Notes: generated by a model from the letters alone, not told the origin. 63,085 nt of DNA, filler included, from Chrysochromulina tobinii (GCA_001275005.1; 4 parts of 4 records of this genome joined end to end with filler, not necessarily neighbours in it), one strand, 5' to 3'. Positions 43,801 to 54,171 are shown, numbered from the whole stretch's first letter. Numbers and translations: made by a program.

Positions 43801-45858
43801 CTGCTGCCCGACGGTGCCGATGGTGCCGACGGCTCCGATAATGCCGGCTTCGTGGGCTACTTTTTCTCGCCGCGAGCGTCGCCCACAAAGGGCGACGGCG
43901 GCGGCGGTGGCCAGTGGCAGCGGCTCGTCGAGGAGGATGAGGAGGCTGGGGCTCCGGATGAGCGGAAACGGCGCCTCCTCGGCACAGGGACGCTCGAGGT
44001 GAGCATCCAGCGTGCCACGCGCCTGATGGCGGGCGACGCGGAGACGGGCCTCTCCGATCCGTACGTGTTACTCCAGATGAGTGGACAGCAAGACTGGCGC
44101 ACCAGGGTCGTGCCGCGCACGCTCGACCCGATCTGGAATGAGTCGCATCGCGTCGTGGTGGGCACGCTCAAAACGGTGCTCCAGTCTTCGTTAACCCTGA
44201 CGGTGATGGACCAGGACATCGGGCGCGACGCGGACAACTACCTGGGCGAGCTGGGCGTCGACCTGCAGCCGCTGCGCGATCGTGAGCGGATTATCCTCGA
44301 GCGCATGCCTCTCACGGCTGGCGGTGAGGGCACCATCACGGTTGAGGTGCGATGGATCCCCGACGCTTCTCCCGCCGCGCGTCAGCTCTTCAGCAGGACT
44401 GCCTCGGCGCAGCGCGGCAGCCGTGCCGATGAAACGTTCAAGGACTGGTGGGAGGCAGCCTCGCCGGTGCTCGGAGGCGCCTTCGATAAGATGAAGAGCG
44501 CGGTCAGCGAGGCCTCGCCCGTGATCGCGGCTAAGGTGAAGAGCTTCGTCGGTCTTGATGCCGAGGGTCAGCCGGTCGGCGCCGATGCCGCCTCGGACCA
44601 CGTGCCGGCGGCAGCGCCGCCGCCGCCAGCGCCGCCGCCGCCGCCGCCAGCGCCGCCGCTGCCGGAGGCGGTACCCACAAGCACACAGCCGTTGGGTCGC
44701 TCGCAGCCGCCAACGGCGGAGCGTTTACGTCAGCGGGGTACTCTCGAGGTGATGATCCTGAGCGCGGAAGGGCTGGTCGGTGGCGTGGCCGGTGCGCCGC
44801 CGAGTCCGATGGTCTCTTTGAAGCTCGGCGGGCGCAAGCTGTGGAAGAGCTCCGTACAGCGCTCAGCCAACCCCGACTGGGGCGAGGTGATGGCGGTCGA
44901 GGGGACCGTTGGTGAGCTGATCGCCGAACCGATGATCCTCAAGCTCATCGACCGCGATGCGCCTTCGTCGAGTGCGACCTCGGCGCAAGACGCCGTGGGA
45001 GGCCTCGCGGTGAGCCTCGCACCGCTCACGACGGCGTCTGCGATCGACTTTTTCCAGCAGCAGCTCGGGGCACCCGCGCCGCGCGGCACGACTATCTCGT
45101 TTACGGTCACGTTTGCGCCCGCGCCGCCGCGCCCGCCGCCGCCGCTCACAGTCCTCTCTCCTCCGCCCGCTGCCTCACCCAACCCTTCGGTGGCCGCGAG
45201 CACGGCCACCTCGGTGGCAGCCTCCCCCTCGAAGCTGGCCTCGACGCAGGACCGCGGCCAGGGCCGCATCAGCACGCCCCCCGCGTCGGCGATCGCCGAG
45301 ACGAGGAGGGCGGCCGCAGCGGCGGTCGCAGCAGCGGTCGCAGCAGCGGGCGCACCCGAGGACACGGCTGCCGGCACGCCCACGCCCGTGCCTGGGACCC
45401 CAAGCCGGCCGAGTCTCACTGGGACACTCGAGGTGCACCTGGTGCGCGCGAACGAGCTCATGTCGTCGGATTCCAACGGCATGTCCGACCCGTACGTGAC
45501 GCTCAAGGTGGGCAAGCACAAAGCGTGGAAGTCGTCGGTGCAGCAGAAGACGATCCACCCTGTGTGGGACGAGACGATGCGCATGGAGCACGTACGCCTT
45601 GATGAGGTGTGCGAGTCCATCCTGCAGATCAAGGTCTTCGACAAGGACTTTTTGGGCATGGGCGATGATCGGCTCGGGAACAAGCGCTTGCCGCTCTTTG
45701 CCCTCGCGCGCGAGCCCAACTACATGCTGCAGCTCCTCGACGAGCCGCTCGATGACGCCACTTGCGGCACCATCACGGTGCTCGTGCGCTTCGTCCCTGA
45801 TGGTTCGTTGGCTGCGCCGCCGCCCGAGACCGAGGCGAATGAAGTCTCCGCCCCTTAA
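37876..45858 (+). CDS. Giant type I membrane protein: signal peptide, ~18 IPT/TIG repeats, TM, three cytoplasmic C2 domains (2660 aa)
   Basis: Signal MRLLLFLPTAVAAAQ; repeated P..G...GG..LT..G.NFAP...C.FG...A.F.S...C.P...FTFYD units; TM about 43681-43746; C2 domains about 43985-44360, 44737-45120 and 45421-45800. Confidence 0.9.
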   Translation: MRLLLFLPTAVAAAQSLRVTPAVVDVHGGVEIELARDGSAFESPVHGEVHCLFGVDSVPGGLHPDGRSIVCTVPPAPGGQLGTVDVSVRIDPLPDDQGSATVVYYDASSLPVISEVRPHSAEGASPSHVRVFGSNFAPLSHTMRCSFGEDGPTDASYVSPTELACASPEVPNGPSHSVDLRVSLDGRLFSAPGAETFTFTNMRVPPSLSRLSPQIGPVSGGIELTLVGLGFSPAHGRLQCLFEGLQATAASFDSTERVRCASPAVSSSAKGPVRSVDVAVGAVGGEPPVSSSLPFTFYDPARPPSISEVVPAYGDVHAPPSIVLHGAGFAPVGDRLVCRFGGAQLTAATFVSTSSIRCAAPPASALTVGRVSVMAAIDGGAALPRKGSPAEIAAASLLIYDASEPPVASSVTPVFASVGGGAVLTVSGANFAPTRHLGCVFEQVGLTPATLLDASTLRCAAPPTTAPLTTKLAVTLDHLTLSVPAIPFTFHDPEAGALVSAVHPPFVHYAGGTPLEVRVHNYDPTADVAACVFYLPAHTDGAIAPALATAATHTMGETVRCLSPHAPRSSVGSVRLRLWAARAAELSQGARTSDGLLQEALDAASAPERAPQFVLSAGSVPLTLYDMERPPTATRLVPRYAGLPTDGSPVDVLVLGTNFAPTDLGLVCQIDERGSGGPARFVNGTAVSCSVPLPDAPKDTTVRVSADGGVTWSAALPFTFYDPDTAPVVLASPAAVDVAALAASGGQARLSLWGSNFAPTDGLRCGFGSFDDHGAQESVVATFVSATEIECLAPSHWWGVARVRATHDGGQYWSEAGPSITPYNTSQQGLITSVEPAALPVDESGSGGVSLRGKHFFRPAVDGGKSSAAALRVCRFVPLPAESLGARRRASTHTHTHTIHASPSTSLAPAAAPSTVVSPATIFDDTHARCATPTALQPQTAAVSLSLDGGVTFGTAAIVTFYDDSSPPTLLSATPTDGERSQATLVTLRGFNFNPPKAPSDLLCRFGAVVAPATFVHSTSISCYAPSVTTLGQVALDLSDDGGRSWPTATAPSSAKTAVPSSMQFVYYDSAVPPTLSSAAPAGASVAGGTALTLYGTNFVPPRGYTAPSARASCVFTADGAMLASTPASFGSFGHVACSSPAAASSKTDATLRVVSADGLSSLGIPFTFYDASVPPALVSVTPAGLPLGSRPVTLQVHGRGFAPVGLQCHFGRMVPTPATFATASLVLCKSPGDDAGFSGPISLPLVVSRDGVRSDFRLDGNAADADVDAATSVSLTFFEPDAIPSTTSARPLAVDVHGGTTLLLHGTGFRPGGSEMRCTIGGLHVPAHFISLTEARCDAPMGEPTWAGSAATVPVCLVYHDGDSGQCGARVTYSDPTAPPELIAVSPRLLTLGSSAVISLSGANFAPTGAQLVCRFGGRSASPVPASFVSGDQVLCNAPPATSPATTTLQISTDGGASFSSGLPFAYYDATRPAELERVWPPVAGLKAQTRLMLTGINFGPTDAFACHFGALPPTAATYINSSAAVCHAPASPTVQSVALSLTLDGTTWSTRTSDFTFYDTSAPPAVEALSRAFGRADGEDGELLTLTGSNFAPTGAALRCLFAPLPDAGAVASEGADGDENEFEGQPERAYLGSGRFQRQPGAPVSAAATFISITQIRCAAPMTARPSTAAVSASTDGVSFGRSTANYTYYDPKLTPVVSRVAPAYGAYLSSTAVTVYGLNFAPTSLGLHVRFGDLGVSRATFVSSSMALARTPIPSAGIESLSVPVEVALTPDGFGSVPSIAAVATPALFSFHNPFSPPRITQISPTNHRCGDGGAYVRDVRTNERIEVARHAVVTIEGANFAPMKRLSCNYRRTGETLFEQFEHSVPAFFRSASEIRCPIPAITYADDGSTRTLQMFFSVSNDGENYRWSNFVFTYEGGCELPTFTHRMYRIVYSLLSLLAVIVALLLVLVVCRRNTTVRALNKVLFRAVGLLPDGADGADGSDNAGFVGYFFSPRASPTKGDGGGGGQWQRLVEEDEEAGAPDERKRRLLGTGTLEVSIQRATRLMAGDAETGLSDPYVLLQMSGQQDWRTRVVPRTLDPIWNESHRVVVGTLKTVLQSSLTLTVMDQDIGRDADNYLGELGVDLQPLRDRERIILERMPLTAGGEGTITVEVRWIPDASPAARQLFSRTASAQRGSRADETFKDWWEAASPVLGGAFDKMKSAVSEASPVIAAKVKSFVGLDAEGQPVGADAASDHVPAAAPPPPAPPPPPPAPPLPEAVPTSTQPLGRSQPPTAERLRQRGTLEVMILSAEGLVGGVAGAPPSPMVSLKLGGRKLWKSSVQRSANPDWGEVMAVEGTVGELIAEPMILKLIDRDAPSSSATSAQDAVGGLAVSLAPLTTASAIDFFQQQLGAPAPRGTTISFTVTFAPAPPRPPPPLTVLSPPPAASPNPSVAASTATSVAASPSKLASTQDRGQGRISTPPASAIAETRRAAAAAVAAAVAAAGAPEDTAAGTPTPVPGTPSRPSLTGTLEVHLVRANELMSSDSNGMSDPYVTLKVGKHKAWKSSVQQKTIHPVWDETMRMEHVRLDEVCESILQIKVFDKDFLGMGDDRLGNKRLPLFALAREPNYMLQLLDEPLDDATCGTITVLVRFVPDGSLAAPPPETEANEVSAP

Positions 45859-45998
45859 CGCCCACGACGGCGTCCCCTTGACGGCGCCCGAGACCGAGGC
45901 GAATGAAGTCTCCGCCCCTTAACGCCCACGACGGCGTCCCCTTGACGAATGAAGTCTCCGCCCCTTAACGCCCACGACGGCGTCCCCTTGACGGCGCC
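45821..45998 (+). repeat. 64-bp tandem duplication (2 full + 1 partial) spanning the stop codon of the IPT-C2 gene
   Basis: CGCCCGAGACCGAGGCGAATGAAGTCTCCGCCCCTTAACGCCCACGACGGCGTCCCCTTGACG at 45821 and 45885; partial copy from 45946. Confidence 0.9.
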
Positions 45999-46565
45999 AC
46001 CGCCTTCGGCGCCGCCGATCGCATGGACTCGGATCCGCGAATACGTATCAGCCCCCGGGCGAGAGGCCCCACTCCCCTTCCCCACAGCCGCCTCGCTGCC
46101 GTCAGAGAGCCATGAGCACGCAAGGCGCGGTTAGGCGCGGTCCCAAAAGGGTTGAAGCCGTGGGCACCGCGCAGCCACAGGTCCAGGAGTGAAAAGGGGT
46201 GAATGCGTGTCCGGTGGCGGTGCTGGGATGTTCGTTGAACTCATGAAGATCTCGATTTCGATGTTTGGTGGCGAAAGAAACACGCACAGCTCAACGCACC
46301 GCAGCGGTGCGTACTTCACGGTGGTACGGACGCCGCACTGAAATTTGTATACGACCGGAACGGCATCACAGTCTATGCACTATCCGCAATCCGGGGTACG
46401 GGTAGAAGTCGACATGCAAGGACACCGGAGACCAGACCGTGCGGTGTATACACATTGCGGTATCCACACAATGTGTGCGGCCAACGTCGATACTTCGTGA
46501 GCGCTCAGCGCCCATGGCAGCGCCCCTCCAACCAAGCCCCTCCCTCGTTCTCTCGAGCCTCGTGC

Positions 46566-49500
46566 TCAGGCAGGCACGCTGTCGTTGCGACGCTTTGAGC
46601 ATGCCTTTTCGACATGAGACTGCAGGAAGACGACAAGATCAGGCGGGAACCTGGCCGCATCAGTTGTCGGTCCGGCATCGCGGCCAAGCTGCTTGTGGCA
46701 GGCAGGGCCTACCTTGCAAGGAGTTTCCTCGCTGCAGATCTTCTCTCCATTTTCTAGCTCCTTGATCAAGCTCTCGATATTTGTCCAGAAGAATGTAGGC
46801 TTCTCGTACTCCATCCCAAACTTGCAGTACGTCAGCTCCACTTGAGTTGCGCCAATTCCGCCATGATCCACAGGGACCTGCATCATCTTGAAGTGGATGA
46901 GCTTCTGCGCGTTCCCAACTGGGGCCTCCACAGTAAATTTGAAATCACTGTTGCCAGAGCGGCGCCGCTGGTTTTGACACACGTCCAAGATCCACTGTAG
47001 ATCGCTATTGTACTCTTTGCAGCAATCGTCGTAGCCGAGAAACGCAACTGGCATGTCGGTTTCTTTGCGCGGGTGCGCGGAGCCTGCTGCCCTGCTCACT
47101 GAGGTGCACTGTGGGCTGAAATGCGCGTAGTCGAGAGTGGGAAGGTCCTCAGGCTTGATGTCGCGGCACATGCAGAGTTCAAAGTAGACCGTGGCCTTCG
47201 AATTGGCCGCTGCCTGGCGCATCTGCGCTGCAGCCTCACCCGGCGGAGCGCCCACGCGCGGCTGAGTGAGCACATCGTTGTAATCAGGCGCTTTGCAGTC
47301 GCGCTCTATGATGAGCACCTCCGCACCCGACGAGTTGCAGCACTGAGTGGCAAGGCGGCCGGAGCCGGCAAAGGCCTCCATGATGCGCATCTTTCGCAGC
47401 GTCGTTCTCCGGCAAGGGAAGACCCTATTAGGCTGAACTGTGGGCCGCCTGACAGCAGCAGCAGGCGTGGCAGTTGCAGCCTCCTCATCGTCGTTTGCTG
47501 CTTGCCCCGCTGCACGCGGCGCCACGCACAGCGCCTCAGCCTCGCCCTCCTGCCCCAATGGGCCGTGGACCGCGCCATTTGCTGCGTCATCCACTTCTCC
47601 GCCAGCCGCCCCAGCCTCATCCTCTTCGCCCTCCTGCCCCAATGGGCCGTGGACCGCGCCATTTGCTGCGTCATCCACTTCTCCGCCAGCCGCCCCAGCC
47701 TCAGCATCCTCTTCGCCCTCCTGCCCCAACGGGCCGTGGACCGCGCCATTTGCTGCGTCATCAACTTCTCCGTCAGCCGTCCCAGCCTCATCCTCCTCTT
47801 CTTCTTCGCAAGATGCGCACGCGCTCCGCTTAATCGTCTTGGAACGCTTCTGATTCGTGCTGACTGCGATCATTGGGCGCTTGGACGTGGCTCCTGCACT
47901 GGTCGGTGGTAGTGGTGCGTCAGCGGTCACATCATTCAGCACCAGCCACTCACTCACTGGTGCAACCAGAATCGTGAGTGAGTGGCTGGCGTTCCTGCGC
48001 TCCTCGACAGCATCCTGGAATACGGTCCAGGGCAACATAAAGGACGGCGGCAAAGAGTTCAGGCCCATGTGCTTCATCAATCCGTCGAGATGCCCAAACG
48101 CCTGGTTTCGCCTACCCTGCAGCTCGAAGCCGCCCTTCAGCACCCACCAGTTGCGCGGCTGCTCAATGCGCTTATCGCTCAATATCATCACCTCGGGTAT
48201 CACGCGTGCACGGCAGTGTCTAAAGATCTCGCTCACGAGCCTAGTAGCTACGCCTTGCTTCTCGTAAGACGCCTTGACCGCAAACAGAAGCACCTCGAGC
48301 GCAATCGATTTGGAGCGTGAATTGGCGCGCACAATGCATGTGCACGCCGCCGCTATAACCTCCTCGCCCTGCACAATCAGTGCAAGGCCGAGGTTGTCAT
48401 GTTGGGAGTCGCCGGCTTGATTGTCCGCAAGCGGCTTGCTCTTCCCAGGCCGATAGTTGATCGCAACCTTCCCGAACTTGGACAAACCCAGTAGGCCCGG
48501 TACCAGCGCTTTGAACCACTCAACGTGGCCGAAGCGCTCTTCAAGCACGTCCTTCGCGCCCTGCAAGAGCTCTGGCTGCGTCTGCTTGAGGTCCTTGATC
48601 GTCTCGACGACTCCCTTTGCCCAACTTGGGATGTAATGCGACTCGTTCACCTCGTCGCTGGCCACCTCATTGTCCTCTTGCTGCACCTGGCGCAGCTCCT
48701 TCTCGTCATCCTCGCTGACAGCGGGCATGCGCGGACAATGCGGCATGTGCGTCTTAAGTCTCTTGAACGCCTGATGGCACCAAAGGCACGGGGAGGTTGC
48801 CGGCGCTCCTGCCGGCGCTCCCTCCGGCGGTTCCCTCGCCGCCTGCACCGGCTGCCCCTCCTCAGCTGCAGCTTCCTTGTCCTGATAGACACCATCCTCC
48901 CCCTGCAGCGTCGATGTGCTCGGGCGCGCATGAAGCTTGCAATTGCCCGGGTGTTCGAAACCACGCCCACACCGCGAATGTATGTAGCAGTGATCGAGTT
49001 CGCGGCATTTTTCTATACTCGGGTCATCCTCTGCATCCGGCGTTCCCTCCGTGATGCGCTTGCGATTTGGTAGTCGCTGGAGCTTCTTATGAGTCCCATA
49101 AGGCCGAAGGCGCACGACATCGCACACCAGCTCTTCCAAGACCTCGCGAGTCTTTGGATCGAGGAGATCAACGTTGAAGTGCCCAATGGCCATCTTCTTC
49201 GCAATGCGAGCCATCTGCCATGCACCGTCAAAAAGCACTTCCACCTCACTCGTACTTGGCAACAAATCCAGCCACGTCAACGGGGGCGGCGCCGGTCGTG
49301 TTCGCACTGTGCTGCGCATCTGCTGCTGCGACTTGAAGGCTCGCACCTCAAACCAGGTCGCAAAGGGTGGAATGAACAGGCCAGAGCCGGCGACACCAAA
49401 AGGATCGCTCTGGTGCTTGGCATGTGGCCAGGGCACGTTACGCACCCACTCAACGCCCTCGCTACTCAACGTAACGTGAGACTCGATCCAGCTTCTGTCG

Positions 49501-50710
49501 CCAGCCACTTTGGTGAGAATGATAGAGTCCCCATCGGCATTGAAGTGTGCTACTGTGGCCGGGCGCCACTTCATATGCTGGTGCCCCTCGTTGTCCTCAC
49601 CATCAATCTCACAGTGTGTTTCGACCCACACTCGGCTGCCAGCGACCAAGTTTGCAGCGCGGGCCTGAGCGTCAGCCAGCTGCAGCTGCGTTGGCGCAAA
49701 ACGGCTTGCCGTGGGCCCCGATGGAACCGGAGCACGAGCATTAGGCATGCAAGGAGGCAAGAGCACAATGCCATCCATGATGTAGGTGCTCTTGGTCCGA
49801 CGCTCGTTGAGCTGCCTGGTGGCGGCGGGAGGCCGCCCAAAGCGATCAGCAATGTCCTCGAGCGTCTCGTCATGACTGGCCTGATGGAACTCAGGCAGCA
49901 TGATGCACGAGTACGCCCTCAGCTTGCCAGTAAGGTTGAGGTCGCTGCTCGCAATCAGCTGCAGATAAGTTGCCAGCATAGGGTGGAGCGCACGCACGTC
50001 CTCCTGGAATTCAAGGATGACCTCAAGCACCGCCGCTGCAACCGCCTGATCGCTGTAGCTTGCATTCACGATGCTGCGGATGGTCTCGTTCTCCTTGCAC
50101 ACATACCGCCATGCGCCTGCCGGTGGCTGCGGCTCGTCGAGCGCCACATATGTGCCGCGAGTGCCTTTTGCCGCGAGTGCTGGACAGTCCAGCACGATCC
50201 CGGAGCGCCATGTGTCGTCTTCCAGTACCTCGACGAGGTCGTCCGGCTGCGCTGGAACCAGCCGGATGTGCGGCAGCGGTGGCCACTGGTACATGCTGAG
50301 TACTTTGGCGATTGCAGCCGTCACAAGCTTGGTCACGGCCGTAGGCGGCACGGTGAGCGTCGTGCATGCGCAAGCTGTGCAGTGCCAATCGCCCTCAGGG
50401 ATGGTCGAGAGCAGAGGTGTCACGCAATAAATGTGGTACCCTAGGTCGCAGCCATCGCAAATAAGCATCCGAGACTCGTCAGCCCCACCACCGCAGATAC
50501 CGCACGACATTGTTTCGATGTGCATCTCATACTCCTCAGCGAGCTTCATGGCCTCCTCAACAGCGGTTTTGTATTCCATCTGATCAGCCTGACTGTAGAC
50601 ACAGTGCGACGTATTCTTGAGCTTCTTGATCTCGCCGCTTTTGTCGCAAGGGTGTCGATCTGACCATGTCTTGAGGTCTTTCTCATTGAACACGTCACAG
50701 GGAGCCGTCG
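46566..50710 (-). CDS. Multidomain chromatin protein: PHD finger, LysM-like and Tudor/Agenet-like modules, GNAT acetyltransferase, C-terminal C5 DNA methyltransferase-like domain (5' truncated)
   Basis: PHD CGIC..MLICDGCDLGYHIYC..IPEGDWHCTAC; GNAT EVLLFAVKASYEKQGVATRL..WW..GF; MTase motifs EAFAGSG (I), SPQCTSVS (IV), TVEAP (VI), YCKFG..KPTFFWTN (VIII), ARFPPDL (X). The frame stays open to the contig edge. Confidence 0.8.
47545..47800. repeat. ~78-81-bp coding tandem repeat x3
   Basis: Encodes EEDEAGAAGGEVDDAANGAVHGPLGQEG units in the PHD-GNAT-MTase ORF. Confidence 0.9.
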
Positions 50711-50810
50711 NNNNNNNNNNNNNNNNNNNNNNNNNNNNNNNNNNNNNNNNNNNNTTAATTAATTAANNNNNNNNNNNNNNNNNNNNNNNNNNNNNNNNNN
50801 NNNNNNNNNN
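50711..50810. other. Artificial contig linker
   Basis: 44 N + TTAATTAATTAA + 44 N. Confidence 0.99.
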
Positions 50811-53496
50811 CGGCAGTGGTGAGGGCGAGGGCGGTGACTGCGAGGGCGAGGGCGGTGGAGGCGAGGGCGAGGGCGGTGGAGGCGAGGGCGAGGGCGGCGG
50901 CGGAGAGGGCGGCGGCGGCGAGGGTGGAGGCGGCGGAGAGAGTGGCGGCGGTGCCGGGCAAGTTGAGACTGTGCCAGAGACGTCGGTGGGGATTGTTGGC
51001 CAGGAGCAGACTGTGCCACCCTGAACATAGACACCGCCACCGGAGGCTGTGTTCCCACTGATGGTGCTCGATAAGATGGACACTCTGCCACTCGAGACAT
51101 AGACCGCCGCAGCTGTGTTGCCAGTGATGGTGCTCGATGAGATGGCCACTGTGCCGGAATTGACGGCGACACCGCCGCCTTGCCATCCAGCTGTGTTGCC
51201 ACTGATAGTGCACGATGAGATGGCCACTGTGCCTCCATAGACTGTGACACCACCGCCATAGTAACCTGTATTCCCGTAGATCGAGGAAGACGTTATCGTG
51301 ACCGTGCCGGACTCGACATAGACACCGCCTCCATAGGTAGCTGTATTCCCACTGATGGTGCACGATGAGATGACCACAGTGCTTCCCGTGACAGCGACAC
51401 CACCGCCATAGGTAGCTGTGTTGGAGTAGAACTGGGAGTTCACGATTGACACTGTGCCGTAAGGGTTGGAGACCCTTACACCACCGCCCCATCCGCTAGC
51501 TGTGTTCCCATAGATCGAAGAAAACGTTATCATGACCGTGCCAGAAGAGACGAGGATACCGCCTCCCTCCCCATATTGTTCGATGTTGCCTCCCGTGATG
51601 TTGAGCCCGATCAGTTGCACGACGGCGGCCGATGAGCCTGGGCTGATGTTCAGCACACGGCGCGGACTCCAGGCACTCGCTTGTGCGTGCAGCACGACCG
51701 AGCCTGCCACCGCCGCCTCGATGATGACGCTCCTGGTGATGCTGAGCTCGGCGGTGAGGTAGTAGGTCCCGGAGGCTAGGACGATGCGGCCGACGGCGGT
51801 GTTGGCGAGTGCACTGGTCAGGCCGGCAGTGTTGCTCACCGCCGCGGTCCCCGGCGGATACGGCGGCGGCGGCGGCGGCAACGATGCCGATGGCGGCAGT
51901 GGTGAGGGCGAGGGCGGTGACTGCGAGGGCGAGGGCGGTGGAGGCGAGGGCGAGGGCGGTGGAGGCGAGGGCGAGGGCGGCAAGCGCGGCGGCGAGGGCG
52001 GTGCCTTGGGATACATGTATGGCGCGTAGCTGATGGGGGTTATGACAAGTTGCCCATTTCCTGAATGAACTCCTTGCTGATTGAGCTCGATGTGGCCAGA
52101 AGCGAAGCTCGACCCTCCGCCAGCACCGCCCCCGCAAGTAGCACCCGGTTGAGAATCAAAGAATGCTGCGCCGCCAAAATACCCCCCCCCACCACCTGCA
52201 CAGTTGTACACGGTCGTGGGCACACACTGTCCGAAGCCATATCCGCCTCCATTTCCCAATCGGCCGTCACAACTCCCTGGGAAGTAAGGGGCAATGCCGC
52301 CCAGCAATTGGGTACCTCCTGTGTTGAGGCACTCCGCCATGTGCCCACCGCCACCGTTGCCACCAATTGGACCTCCTCCTGCGCCACCAGAAGACCAACT
52401 AGACGCTCCTCCACCACCGCCAGCGACGACCAGACGTGATGTGAGGTCGGTCAAACTGGTCCGGACGTCAGTTGCGCCGCCGCCAGGCGCAGCATTTAAC
52501 CATTGACCGGGATCAGGGGGCCGGCTTGGACCTCCTCCGTTGAATCCTCCCAGTATGGTCGAGATGGAGTAATCCGAATTGCGAGAGGCCCCTGCTCCGC
52601 CAACAAGGATATACAGCGTTTGACCGGCACTGACATTGATCAGCGCTGTGATACGGCCACCAAGACCTCCTGCGCCCCACTGGCCGGTGTTGTATCCTGT
52701 TCCTCCAGAGGCGCCATAAGCATCGATGCGAACCGAGGAAACAAATGGCGGAACGATGTAGGTCTGAGCCACACCGGAATACATGAATGTGGTCGCTGCT
52801 GGTATTGGTGGTCTTGAGGGCGATGGCGGTGGCGGCAACGGCGGCGACGGCAAAAATGGCGGTGATGGAGGCGACGCTGCCCCGCACCACGTGCGCATCA
52901 TCGAGACGAGCGGCGCTGGCGTGCTCGGCAGGCCGCCGCCGAGCCGCACGCCATCCAGCTGCGCCGGGCTGAGGGCGACGCCCCACACCAGCAGGTCCTT
53001 CATCTGGCCCGTGAACATCGGGTCGACAGACCAGTGGCTCTTGCCCACGTAGAGGTTCGAGCGGCTCACCGGCAGCGGAAAGCGCATCGACGACGTCGCC
53101 CCGACGCTCGCACCGTTCCAGTAGATCTGGGCGGGCCCGGAGGTGTCGGTGAGGCTCGCACGCGACTGCACGACCGCGACGTGAGTCCACACGTTTGCGG
53201 GGAATGATGGCGCCGAGCTTGCATAGAAGTGGGATTCGGAACTCCCATGAAACACCTGGTAGTACATTGGGGAATAAAATCCCAGGAGGACATTGTCTGC
53301 ATTTGGACCATAGCCGAAATCGATGACGCGATCCCAGGAATAGCCTGTCCTCGTGCGGTAGACCCACGCGCAGAGCGTGAAGCCAAGCCCCCCGCCGACG
53401 AGTCCGGTGCGCGACGTGGCCGTCAAGTAGGAGGTCGCCGCCCCGGTGAAGGTGTATGCGCCGCCGACGGCGCACGGAGAAGCCGGCGGCAGCGAG

Positions 53497-53528
<32 letters not shown>

Positions 53529-54171
53529 TGGCAGGAAAGGCGAGGGCGGCGGCGGCGGGCTCGGATCGGGCGATGGCGGTGGCGGCGAGGGTGGCGGAGG
53601 CGGTGATAGGTTCGGGCGGCTGGGGGGAAGGCGGCGGCGGCGAAAATGGAGGTCGAGGAGGAGATGGCGGCGACGCGCGGCATACGGCGCCATGATACGG
53701 AACAGGACATTGCCCATCGTTCCAGGCCCCACTCGCTAACATGAGGGCACAATTCTCACCGGTCCAGCCGTTTGTCTCACCAGGGGCCCAGTTGGAGTAG
53801 TCCCATGGAGTGCCGTCGGACCACCTCCAGGTGCCCTCGCTTACCGCGTCAGTCGCACCGATCCACGCGAAGGTGTTAGGGACGACGGCCCACACAGCGG
53901 CATTCTCTAGGGCGCTGTGGATGCTTGCGAGATCGCCGCCGAGAGCCTGGCACGCTGCGCGCCCAGCCGCCCACGAGCCGACGGTTGAAATGTAAACGAA
54001 TGGCGAGGGCGAGGGCGGCGGCGGCGAGGGCGAGGGCGGTGGCGGCGAGGGCGGCGATGGCAAAAGCGATGGGGGCGTTTGGCATTCAACGCTTGCCATC
54101 ATGTTGAAGCTGAGGAGCACAACCAGCCAGACTCTCCAGGGAGCACCTCCTGGCTGCGACAGCCCTCGCAT
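50811..54171 (-). CDS. Secreted/surface mosaic protein: C-type lectin, LamG/ConA-like, glycine-rich and beta-helix (Pmp-like) domains joined by SPPPP linkers; one frameshift near 53610-53630; 3' truncated
   Basis: Signal-like VWLVVLLSFNMMASVEC. C-lectin SWAAGRAACQALGGDLASIHS..WIG..WSDGT.WDYSNW..ENC..WND (frame 52513..55191). Then FTLCAWV..WTHVAVV..FTGQMKDL, YGASGG..GGGATDVR..LVVAGGGGG and SGNTA..GGGV repeats (frame 50763..53732). The start could be upstream, up to 54375. Confidence 0.75.
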
